Below, in pieces: positions 54,446 through 62,671 of a stretch of 64,000 nt of DNA. Under the pieces are notes generated by a model, which saw nothing but the letters and a program-made list of their open reading frames with translations, did no database searches and was not told the DNA's origin. The DNA is from Pseudomonadota bacterium (GTDB lineage: Bacteria > Pseudomonadota > Gammaproteobacteria > Burkholderiales > Ferrovaceae), in assembly GCA_021798835.1 (NCBI GenBank), contig JAJZBQ010000011.1, forward strand, positions 7,005 through 71,004, read 5' to 3'. Every line of letters begins with the position of its first letter. Within the stretch, counting starts at the first letter, position 1. The position numbers and the translations under genes are program-made.

Positions 54446-55936
54446 ATGAAGAATATCGACCCCTGTGCGCTGGTGATTTTTGGAGCGGCGGGAAACCTGT
54501 CGCAACGCAAACTGATCCCAGCCCTGCTACAACTGGAAAAACTGGGACGTTTCCCTGATTCACTGACATTGCTCGGTCTGAGTCTCGAAGAACGCAGCCG
54601 AGAGGAATGGCATGCCTGGATAAGAAAAATCATCCCGGATCAGAACGGCCCGATCATGGATCGCTTCATGGCACGCTGGCACTATCAGCGTATCGATCCA
54701 ACAAATCCCGATTCCTATGCGCATTTGCGTGATAAATTGTCGGATAGTGCCATTTTTCCCTCGAATCAAATTTTCTACATGGCTGTCCGCCCCGCTGATT
54801 ATCCCGGTATCGTGGACCAGATGGGACAACAAGGACTGCTCAAGGAGAGCACCGGCTGGCGGCGGGTGGTCATCGAGAAACCTTTTGGCTACGATCTATC
54901 CAGTGCCGAGATTCTACAGGCCAGTTTATACCGCCATCTCCAGGAACATCAGATCTACCGTATTGATCATTACTTGGGCAAAGGGACTGTGCAGAATGTT
55001 CTGGTCTTTCGTTTTGCCAATGTATTGCTGGAACCTTTATGGAACCACAACTACATCGACTACGTACAGATCACCCAATCCGAGACGATGGGTATTGAAG
55101 GACGTGCCGATTACTACGAAGGAGCAGGAGCATTGCGGGATATGATCCAGAGTCACCTCTTGCAGGTGCTAACGCTGGTCGCCATGGAACCTCCCGTGTC
55201 CCTGGATGCTGAACACTTGCGCGACGAGAAGGTCAAGGTACTGCAATCTATCCGTCCGATTCCGCAAAATGCCGTCCACGCTCATGCTTTTCGTGGTCAG
55301 TACGCCTCGGGAACCATTGATGGGCATCCGGTGACGGGATACCGCGAAGAATCCGGAGTGGCCTCTGATAGCACCACTGAAACCTATGCGGCCTTGAAGT
55401 TGTTCATCGACAACTGGCGTTGGTCAGGTGTCCCTTTTTATCTGCGCACAGGTAAGCGTCTCGCAGAAAATAGTTCGGCGGTATATATTCGTTTTAAAAA
55501 TCCTCCGCAAGATCTGCTTCGTGGCGTACGTCAGGGACCCACGCAACCCAACTGGATCATGCTCGGTATTCAACCCGATGAATGCCTGCGAGTGGAGTTA
55601 CAGGTACGCATGCCAGGCTTGCAATTGCAAACCCGTACACTCAGCCTGGATGCCACCTACCGCCAGGGTAATGAATCTGATTTCAGCGCTTATGAAGAAC
55701 TGCTGCTGGATGCCATTGCCGGAGACCATTCACTATTCTTGAGAATCGATGAAGTGGAAGCTGCCTGGAGAGTAGTCGACCCCATCCTGAAAGTATGGGC
55801 CACCGAGCGTGACTTCATCCAGACCTATCCGGCAGGTACCTGGGGACCGCGCGGCACCTATCGGCTGTTCTCTCATGAAGATCAGTTCTGGCGCCATGGG
55901 CTGGATCCCTCCGGAGCACAACTGCAACCTTACTAG
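54446..55936 (+). CDS. zwf: Glucose-6-phosphate 1-dehydrogenase
   Basis: IFGAAGNL, RIDHYLGK, GVPFYLRTGK. Confidence 0.97.
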   Translation: MKNIDPCALVIFGAAGNLSQRKLIPALLQLEKLGRFPDSLTLLGLSLEERSREEWHAWIRKIIPDQNGPIMDRFMARWHYQRIDPTNPDSYAHLRDKLSDSAIFPSNQIFYMAVRPADYPGIVDQMGQQGLLKESTGWRRVVIEKPFGYDLSSAEILQASLYRHLQEHQIYRIDHYLGKGTVQNVLVFRFANVLLEPLWNHNYIDYVQITQSETMGIEGRADYYEGAGALRDMIQSHLLQVLTLVAMEPPVSLDAEHLRDEKVKVLQSIRPIPQNAVHAHAFRGQYASGTIDGHPVTGYREESGVASDSTTETYAALKLFIDNWRWSGVPFYLRTGKRLAENSSAVYIRFKNPPQDLLRGVRQGPTQPNWIMLGIQPDECLRVELQVRMPGLQLQTRTLSLDATYRQGNESDFSAYEELLLDAIAGDHSLFLRIDEVEAAWRVVDPILKVWATERDFIQTYPAGTWGPRGTYRLFSHEDQFWRHGLDPSGAQLQPY

Positions 55937-55947
55937 GGGGAAAAGCC

Positions 55948-56664
55948 ATGAGCCATCCTACGCGAGACTGGGGAATTCGTGGAACCCTGAGATTTTTTTC
56001 TGATGAAAAGGACATGGCCCGTCAGGCCAGCGCGTGGCTGGCACAACGAATCCGCACAGGGTTGCTTGAATATGGCACTTTTCACCTGGTACTTGCCGGA
56101 GGAAACACCCCGGCTCTGTGCTACGATGAACTGGCTCATGAGCCGCTGGACTGGAAACGGGTGACACTTTCCCTCGGCGATGAACGATGCCTGCCCATCG
56201 GTCATCCCGAGCGCAATGATACCCTGATTCAGCGCCACCTTCTTGTGGGAAAAGCCAGTAAAGCACGCTTTATAACGATGCATGGAGAACATGGCCCCGA
56301 TCAAGCTGCTCTGGACCACACCCAGCGTTGGCAAGAATGGGGCCCCATCGATCTAGCGCTGTTAGGGATGGGGGAAGATGGTCATACCGCCAGCCTCTTT
56401 CCCGATAATCCCGTCCTCGATATTCTGGATTGCCCCGTTGTAGCGGTTCGGGGGGCCCCCAAACCGCCATCCGAGCGCGTATCACTCAGCCTAAGCGCTT
56501 TACAGTCAGCACGGGAAAGAGTCTTTCTTGTCACCGGAAGTAAAAAGCGCGAAGCGCTAGAGAGACTGGATCAGGGAGAACCTCTTCCTTCACTTCTGGT
56601 GGGCCCATCGCAGTGGTTTATTGAATTAAGTGCTTGTCCAACCCACCTCATCCCCGCTACTTGA
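55948..56664 (+). CDS. pgl: 6-phosphogluconolactonase
   Basis: LAGGNTP, GDERC, LGMGEDGHTASLFP. Confidence 0.95.
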   Translation: MSHPTRDWGIRGTLRFFSDEKDMARQASAWLAQRIRTGLLEYGTFHLVLAGGNTPALCYDELAHEPLDWKRVTLSLGDERCLPIGHPERNDTLIQRHLLVGKASKARFITMHGEHGPDQAALDHTQRWQEWGPIDLALLGMGEDGHTASLFPDNPVLDILDCPVVAVRGAPKPPSERVSLSLSALQSARERVFLVTGSKKREALERLDQGEPLPSLLVGPSQWFIELSACPTHLIPAT

Positions 56665-56695
56665 TTAACCCTGTGATGGCAGAATGCTGAATCTT

Positions 56696-56714
56696 AGGTA
56701 GAATGATTCTACCT
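56696..56714. promoter_or_regulatory. Perfect 9-1-9 palindrome, candidate operator overlapping a TAGAAT -10 upstream of selO
   Basis: AGGTAGAAT-G-ATTCTACCT. Confidence 0.55.
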
Positions 56715-56740
56715 TAATAGTCAGTCTATATCATCAAACC

Positions 56741-58168
56741 ATGAATGTTGTCCCTACCCCATTGGCTACTCTCGGCCCCCCATTTGCCGAACAGGTTCCC
56801 ACCACCCCACTGCCTGCCCCCTACTGGGTGGCTTGGAATGGTGGATTGGCTCAAACTCTGGGCTTGTCGAGCATACCATCGTTGGAATACCTGGACATAT
56901 TGGCGGGTCAAACGACCAAACCTGCCTACTGCTCTGTGTATGCAGGTCATCAATTCGGTTACTGGGCGGGACAACTGGGCGATGGCCGCGCGCACTCCCT
57001 AGGACAGCTCAAGGGAACCTTGGACAGTTGGGAAATACAACTCAAAGGTGCTGGGCCAACCCCTTTTTCCCGACGCGGCGATGGCAGAGCTGTGCTGCGC
57101 TCTTCCATACGGGAATATCTGGCCAGTGAAGCGATGGCCGGTTTGGGAATTCCTACGACACGTGCTTTGGCTATCACTGGTTCCAACCTGACCATCTGGC
57201 GCGAACAACCGGAAACCGCAGCCATCGTTACTCGCCTCGCTCCTTCATTTATTCGCTTTGGTCATTTCGAGCATTTCGCTGCCCAAGGGGATGAAGCGGC
57301 TTTGCATCAATTGGTTCATGCCGTTACCGCCCATGATCCCCTGCTGTCTCACAATACAGCCCATGCAGCCTTGACTCTGCTAACTCAAGCCACACTGCGC
57401 ACGGCAGAACTCATTGCCTGCTGGCAGGCGGTAGGCTTCTGTCACGGCGTACTGAATACCGACAATATGTCCATACTCGGACTGACTCTGGATTATGGCC
57501 CATTTGGTTTCATGGATCGCTATATCGGGACCCATGTGTGCAACCATTCTGACACCCATGGCCGCTATGCCTACGATCAGCAACCTCACGTCGGACTCTG
57601 GAACTGCAGCATACTGGCTCAATCATTACAATCCTTGATACGCGACGATACCGCAATCGAAGGCATACTCAGTCAATATGGCCCTCATTACCGTAAAGCA
57701 TGGTTGCAACGCTTTTCAGCCAAATTGGGTTTGATGTCAGAAAATTCTGACAATGCTTCTCTGATCCTGAGTCTATTAACCCTGATGGAACGGGAAAAAG
57801 TAGATTTCACTCGATTCTTCAGAGCGCTCAGTAGCGATGACCCAAGATCGACCCCTCCCCTAGAAAAACTTTTTAAATCATCCGGGGATTTTGTTGCGTG
57901 GTGGGCAATCTACGAACAACGTCTGGAGCAGGACAATACTTCTGTTGATGAGTGCCGCCAACGGCTTCTCCAGGTCAACCCAAAATACGTATTGCGCAAT
58001 CATCTGGCGGAACTCACCATTCGCTCTGCCCGACAAGGAGATTTCACCATGATTGATACCCTCAAACAGGTACTGGACTCTCCCTACGAAGAACATCCTG
58101 ACCATGAGGAATGGGCAGCTGATCCCCCGCCATGGTCACAACAACTGTCGATCAGTTGTTCATCTTAA
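56741..58168 (+). CDS. selO: Protein adenylyltransferase SelO/YdiU
   Basis: QLGDGRA, QLKGAGPTPFSRRGDGRAVLRSSIRE, HGVLNTDN, C-terminal SCSS. Confidence 0.96.
   Translation: MNVVPTPLATLGPPFAEQVPTTPLPAPYWVAWNGGLAQTLGLSSIPSLEYLDILAGQTTKPAYCSVYAGHQFGYWAGQLGDGRAHSLGQLKGTLDSWEIQLKGAGPTPFSRRGDGRAVLRSSIREYLASEAMAGLGIPTTRALAITGSNLTIWREQPETAAIVTRLAPSFIRFGHFEHFAAQGDEAALHQLVHAVTAHDPLLSHNTAHAALTLLTQATLRTAELIACWQAVGFCHGVLNTDNMSILGLTLDYGPFGFMDRYIGTHVCNHSDTHGRYAYDQQPHVGLWNCSILAQSLQSLIRDDTAIEGILSQYGPHYRKAWLQRFSAKLGLMSENSDNASLILSLLTLMEREKVDFTRFFRALSSDDPRSTPPLEKLFKSSGDFVAWWAIYEQRLEQDNTSVDECRQRLLQVNPKYVLRNHLAELTIRSARQGDFTMIDTLKQVLDSPYEEHPDHEEWAADPPPWSQQLSISCSS
58106..58167 (+). repeat. 62-bp direct repeat, copy 1 (selO 3' end)
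   Basis: GAGGAATGGGCAGCTGATCCCCCGCCATGGTCACAACAACTGTCGATCAGTTGTTCATCTTA, identical to 58644-58705. Confidence 0.97.
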
Positions 58169-58301
58169 ACGGGTATCCAGATTTGTGTTTTAGGAGCCTG
58201 ATCCCGTGTCTGTCATCATGGTGTAAAACCGGATTTTATTGTTGCCTTGTGCGCGGCATTTGTTCTACCATGAAACCGGATTTTGTTATGGGAAAGAAGA
58301 C

Positions 58302-58592
58302 ATGAAGCCCTCTGAAGTTTTGGCCTCAAACCGCGCCGCCATTCGGCATGTGGTCGAGTCTCATCGCGCCCGCAACGCTCGGGTATTCGGCTCCGTGCTG
58401 CGCGGCCAGGACAGCGACGACAGCGATCTGGACATCCTCGTGGACCCGACACCGGAGACAACGCTGATGGACGTGGCTGCCATCCAAGTGGAACTGCAGC
58501 GCCTTCTTGGCGTGTCGGTGGATGTGCTGACGCCTAGGGCCCTGCCCGATGCTTTCCGCAGTCAGGTTCTCTCGGAGGCGGTGCCGATATAA
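58302..58592 (+). CDS. MNT (MntA-like) minimal nucleotidyltransferase antitoxin
   Basis: 96 aa; VFGSVLRG..DSDLDILVD..VDV; start placed at MKPSE. Confidence 0.9.
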   Translation: MKPSEVLASNRAAIRHVVESHRARNARVFGSVLRGQDSDDSDLDILVDPTPETTLMDVAAIQVELQRLLGVSVDVLTPRALPDAFRSQVLSEAVPI

Positions 58593-58660
58593 TGAAAGGG
58601 CTGCGCATCCCGGACTACCTTCGACATATTCTCAAGGCCATAGGAGGAATGGGCAGCTGA
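58592..58660 (+). pseudogene. Truncated HepT/DUF86 (HEPN) toxin N-terminus
   Basis: TAATG coupling to MNT; MKGLRIPDYLRHILKAI resembles the DUF86 start, then runs into the repeat and stops after 22 codons. Confidence 0.75.
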
Positions 58661-58705
58661 TCCCCCGCCATGGTCACAACAACTGTCGATCAGTTGTTCA
58701 TCTTA
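58644..58705 (+). repeat. 62-bp direct repeat, copy 2
   Basis: Identical to 58106-58167; next base gives TAG instead of TAA. Confidence 0.97.
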
Positions 58706-58740
58706 GGCGAACCTCCTCTACGCATGCTTGGATAACTCCT

Positions 58741-59754
58741 GTGAAAAACAATTTTGATCTGGTAAGAGTTGCCTTGGCACTGATTGTTGTATTGGTACAC
58801 CTTGCTACATTGACCAACCTGCCAGAATTCGGAATTTTCATGGACTATCTTTCTTCGGATTTTGCGGTCAAGGGATTTTTTGCAGTCAGCGGCTATCTGG
58901 TTATGCAAAGTTACGTAAACAGCAAAACCCTTTGCAATTTTGCTGAAAAACGCATCCGAAGAATTTATCCCGCCTACTTGGCAACGATATTTTTATGTCT
59001 TGGCATTGGTATCTATGCGACAAGACTGAGTACTGCATCTTTCCTAACCTCTCCAGAAACGTTAAAATACCTGTTACTCAATGTAGCATTTCTCAATTTT
59101 GCCTATCCAAACCTGCCTGGCGTCTTTGAAAATCACTATTTGTCAGCGATGGATGGAGCACTGTGGACAATCAAGATTGAGGTATGTTTATACTTTTGTA
59201 TCCCATTGATTTTTTACATGTTCAAAAAATTTGGCAATTACCGCGTAGCGGTATTAACCTCTTTTTTCAGTGTACTATGGATTTTGATATTCAAATATTT
59301 TCTTGGAGGGAGAGTTTTTGAAGAGGTTGCACGCCAGTTTCCCGGTCAGTTATCGTATTTCATACTTGGTTGCCTACTTTTCATTGAACGTCCAGAACCG
59401 AAGAACCTAGCACGTATTGTCATCTTATCATCTCTGCTATTTGTACTATTCAGGCATCAAATTCTACGCCTAGTTATTGAACCGGTATTTTACTCCTGCC
59501 TGGTTATATTTTTAGCCACACAAAGCAAGAAATCTATTAATTTCGGAAAATTTGGCGATCTTTCTTATGGAACGTATTTATTACATTTCCCCATAATACA
59601 GTTGTTTATACACCTTGGATTATACAAATCAAATGCTTGGTTTGGTTTAATAATCACTATCGCCACCATACTCATTTTTGCCATGATTTCATGGCGTTTT
59701 ATTGAGCGACCAACGCTCAAGCGTAGTTCTCATTATATTCAAGTAAATATATAA
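58741..59754 (+). CDS. Acyltransferase-3 (OafA-like) membrane O-acyltransferase
   Basis: NNFDLVR..LVH, GFFAVSGYL, RRIYP, LWTI..E, GDLSYGTYLLHFP; GTG start; AT-rich. Confidence 0.88.
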   Translation: MKNNFDLVRVALALIVVLVHLATLTNLPEFGIFMDYLSSDFAVKGFFAVSGYLVMQSYVNSKTLCNFAEKRIRRIYPAYLATIFLCLGIGIYATRLSTASFLTSPETLKYLLLNVAFLNFAYPNLPGVFENHYLSAMDGALWTIKIEVCLYFCIPLIFYMFKKFGNYRVAVLTSFFSVLWILIFKYFLGGRVFEEVARQFPGQLSYFILGCLLFIERPEPKNLARIVILSSLLFVLFRHQILRLVIEPVFYSCLVIFLATQSKKSINFGKFGDLSYGTYLLHFPIIQLFIHLGLYKSNAWFGLIITIATILIFAMISWRFIERPTLKRSSHYIQVNI

Positions 59755-59791
59755 ATATCCTATTCGAACCTTCTTATGTTCTAAATTTCTG

Positions 59792-59820
59792 GCAACGGCA
59801 TCCAAGACTGCCGTTGCTTC
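59792..59820 (+). terminator. 9-bp stem hairpin, possible terminator
   Basis: GCAACGGCA-TCCAAGAC-TGCCGTTGC then TTC; U-tract weak. Confidence 0.4.
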
Positions 59821-60045
59821 TCCCAACCGAGTACAATTCACGCGGCAACCCCATTCTGATCCCTGGGGGGGCGCAATAACGCCAAACGAGTTAGTATTCA
59901 TACGGGGAGAAAGTTAAAACGGGAGGCTTATCTTGATGTTACCGAGACAAATGGTCAAAAAATAGCCAGTTACGCCCGCCGTATGGTAAGAAAAACCACA
60001 CATTTTTGATAATTTAAGTATAAAAACTTTACTTAATTTTTTAAG

Positions 60046-60122
60046 TGGGGTGGCGAATGGGACTCGAACCCACGACAGCCGGAATCACAATCCGGGACTC
60101 TACCAACTGAGCTACCGCCACC
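60046..60122 (-). tRNA. tRNA-His (GTG)
   Basis: 77 nt including G-1; anticodon loop TTGTGAT; C73 discriminator and encoded CCA. Confidence 0.97.
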
Positions 60123-60145
60123 ACCGAAAGCAACAACAGATTCTC

Positions 60146-60154
60146 ATTATAGCA
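60146..60154 (-). promoter_or_regulatory. Extended -10 promoter for tRNA-His
   Basis: TGCTATAAT on the minus strand, 23 nt upstream of the tRNA. Confidence 0.6.
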
Positions 60155-60215
60155 TGCCTGTCACCCATCGGGTAGCCCCTGATTCAGGGCATTATTCCGC
60201 CAGCATCAGAGACAA

Positions 60216-60752
60216 TCAGGATTTCGGAGAAAAGAAGCGGTATGTCGCCGTATAAGGCACTCGACTCACTTTACCGACAATACAGGCCGTTCCTTCCGGA
60301 TTAAGCCCACCATGAGTACTGACTTGTTGAATCCATTGAACGTGAGCAAACTTCCCTGCCCCAGAAGCATCGTGAGCAGTCAATAGTTGCCACTGAAGAT
60401 CTCCCTGCTTGGGAGCGGGAGCACTGGCGCTGAGCGTCCCCTCGATTCGACTGCCATCAGCCATGATCCAACTCGGTCCCTTGGTTTGGTGAGCGACGAG
60501 ATTTCCTCCATCATCAAAAAGATCCGCTTCGGAACCTGCGGAAACCCATTGCGTTCCTCCCGATGTAGCAGGTTGACAGACGTAGTGCTGCGTTCCAGAA
60601 GCCAGTAATTCCGTGACCATAATCTGATTGGCAGGGGGAAGCAAGGCTTCAGGGGCCTTTACGGGTTGATTGGTCGCACATGAAGATACCCACATCGCAC
60701 TTCCCAGTAACATCAATACCCGGCACACTCCTATCGCACATCGACCTTTCAT
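60216..60752 (-). CDS. DUF3455-family putative lipoprotein
   Basis: Signal peptide with SSC; GTQHYVC, GPSW..DGS, QWIQQVSTHGG. Confidence 0.75.
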   Translation of the reverse strand: MKGRCAIGVCRVLMLLGSAMWVSSCATNQPVKAPEALLPPANQIMVTELLASGTQHYVCQPATSGGTQWVSAGSEADLFDDGGNLVAHQTKGPSWIMADGSRIEGTLSASAPAPKQGDLQWQLLTAHDASGAGKFAHVQWIQQVSTHGGLNPEGTACIVGKVSRVPYTATYRFFSPKS

Positions 60753-60861
60753 GGCTACCTCTGAACCGTATGGAATCCTGCCAGTATAGGCTCCGGTATG
60801 TCATTTGTGAAGTCATCCGTCTGCTAGAATAACGCATTGTCAACGAAACTCACCATCAATC

Positions 60862-61902
60862 ATGCGAATACTCGGCATTGAAACGTCTTGCGATGAAACA
60901 GGAGTCGCCCTGTACGACTCTCATCATGGGTTGATGGCTGATGTCCTGCATTCACAGGTAGCACTCCATGCCGCCTATGGTGGAGTAGTCCCAGAATTGG
61001 CATCACGAGACCATATCCGCCATCTGCTTCCATTGATCGAGCAAACTCTGGAACAGGGCCATACTACGCTGGATCAACTGGATGCCATTGCCTATACCGC
61101 CGGACCAGGATTGGCAGGTGCCCTGCTGGTCGGTGCTTCGGTAGCAACGGCTCTCGCACGCCCACGCCATCTTCCGGTACTCCCGATTCACCATCTGGAA
61201 GGACACCTGCTCTCAGCCCTCCTCGACCCCTCTGCACCCAAATTCCCATTCACGGCCTTACTGGTTTCTGGCGGTCATAGTCAATTTCTGTCCGTGGAAC
61301 GCCTAGGCGATTATCAATTATTGGGCGAATCCGTGGATGATGCCGCTGGTGAAGCTTTTGACAAGACGGCCCAGTTACTGGGGTTACCTTATCCGGGCGG
61401 CCCTGCTCTGGCCAAATTGGCCCGTCAGGGAAACCCTCAACGCTTCAAATTGCCACGCCCACTCTTGCACAGCGGAGATCTGCAAATGAGTTTCAGCGGT
61501 CTCAAAACCGCAGTATCTCAATGCGTAGCAACTCACACACCCGATGATTACGCCGACATCGCGGCATCCTTTGAGCGCGCCGTAGTCGACCTGCTGGTGA
61601 GTAAAGCCGAGCAGGCACTACGTCAAACAGGACACCAAACTTTGATCGTAGCCGGCGGAGTGGGGGCCAATCAAGAATTACGCCACTCTCTGAAGAATCA
61701 TCTCGGCACACAGGGGATCACGCTGGCTTTCCCTCCGGCGCGATTGTGTACCGACAACGGTGCCATGATTGCCTACGCAGGCTGGTGTCGTCTACAACAA
61801 GCCACCCAATGTGGCTCTCTACCCCTATCCTCGCCTTCCGGCTTTACCATTCACCCGCGTTGGAATCTACACGATTACTCCAGCACTTGGCAGCCTTCCT
61901 GA
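60862..61902 (+). CDS. tsaD: tRNA N6-adenosine threonylcarbamoyltransferase
   Basis: LGIETSCDET, HHLEGH, DDAAGEAFDK, TDNGAMIA. Confidence 0.97.
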   Translation: MRILGIETSCDETGVALYDSHHGLMADVLHSQVALHAAYGGVVPELASRDHIRHLLPLIEQTLEQGHTTLDQLDAIAYTAGPGLAGALLVGASVATALARPRHLPVLPIHHLEGHLLSALLDPSAPKFPFTALLVSGGHSQFLSVERLGDYQLLGESVDDAAGEAFDKTAQLLGLPYPGGPALAKLARQGNPQRFKLPRPLLHSGDLQMSFSGLKTAVSQCVATHTPDDYADIAASFERAVVDLLVSKAEQALRQTGHQTLIVAGGVGANQELRHSLKNHLGTQGITLAFPPARLCTDNGAMIAYAGWCRLQQATQCGSLPLSSPSGFTIHPRWNLHDYSSTWQPS

Positions 61903-62660
61903 TCCACAACACCGCACACAGAACAGCCAGGATCGCGATGCAAGACAAGTTCCCGGCACATGCTGGTCTCACCATCCAGGAGCCACAAACGCCCAACCAA
62001 TGATGTGCCAAATTCTCCCAGCAATTTGATGGCTTCACCGGCCTGCCAAGTACCGATCAATCCCGCCAAGGGAGAAAATACTCCCATCAGCGCACAGCGC
62101 TCTTCTTCTTCCTGCAGCACTTCCGGCGGAAAAAGACAAGCATAGCACGGGGATCCCGGGTGTCGAAAATCAAAAGTCGTCAGTTGTCCACGAAACCGGA
62201 TGACGGCCCCCGATACCAGAGGAATGCGCCGTCCATAGCAAAGAGTATTGAGCAAAAAGCGTGTGGCAAAATTGTCGCTACAGTCAAGCACCAAGTCTAT
62301 GCCATCCAGCAAAGTCGATGCATTGTCTTGCGTTAATGATTCAGGGCGCAGATGAAGTTGCAGCGTGGGATTGAGTTGGCTCAACCGCTGGGCAGTTGCC
62401 ACGACTTTGTACTGACCGATGTCGGCGTGGGACAGGGCAATCTGACGTTGCAGGTTGGTCAGTTCTACCTCATCAGGATCACAAAGCGTCAACTGCCCTA
62501 TACCGGCAGCGGCCAGATAAAGGGCAGCCGGAGAACCCAGGCCGCCCAACCCGACAATCAGAACATGAGAACCCAGCAGACGTTGCTGGGTATGCTCATC
62601 CCAACTCGGCAACAGGAGGTGTCGGCTATAGCGCAAACGCGCCGAATCCTCCACGAACAA
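61875..62660 (-). CDS. moeB: MoeB/ThiF-family adenylyltransferase
   Basis: RYSRH, GLGGLGS, SNL-like TNLQRQ, CYAC and CSVC; MoeB versus ThiF not resolved. Confidence 0.85.
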   Translation of the reverse strand: MFVEDSARLRYSRHLLLPSWDEHTQQRLLGSHVLIVGLGGLGSPAALYLAAAGIGQLTLCDPDEVELTNLQRQIALSHADIGQYKVVATAQRLSQLNPTLQLHLRPESLTQDNASTLLDGIDLVLDCSDNFATRFLLNTLCYGRRIPLVSGAVIRFRGQLTTFDFRHPGSPCYACLFPPEVLQEEEERCALMGVFSPLAGLIGTWQAGEAIKLLGEFGTSLVGRLWLLDGETSMCRELVLHRDPGCSVCGVVDQEGCQVLE

Positions 62661-62671
62661 CTCTCCTTTAC

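Larger units (their letters stand above)
58169..58705. mobile_element. Minimal integrated islet or remnant bounded by the selO-tail direct repeats
   Basis: Exact 62-bp repeats 538 bp apart; cargo is a TA module that looks GC-richer than its flanks by eye; no integrase. Confidence 0.65.

Noticed and set aside
59689-59901. 70-aa minus-strand ORF between the acyltransferase and tRNA-His
   Set aside because: No recognisable family and overlaps the acyltransferase 3' end
60011-60040. AT-rich dyad TTAAGTA-N9-TACTTAA next to tRNA-His, superficially dif-like
   Set aside because: No XerC arm and wrong spacer length for dif/pdif
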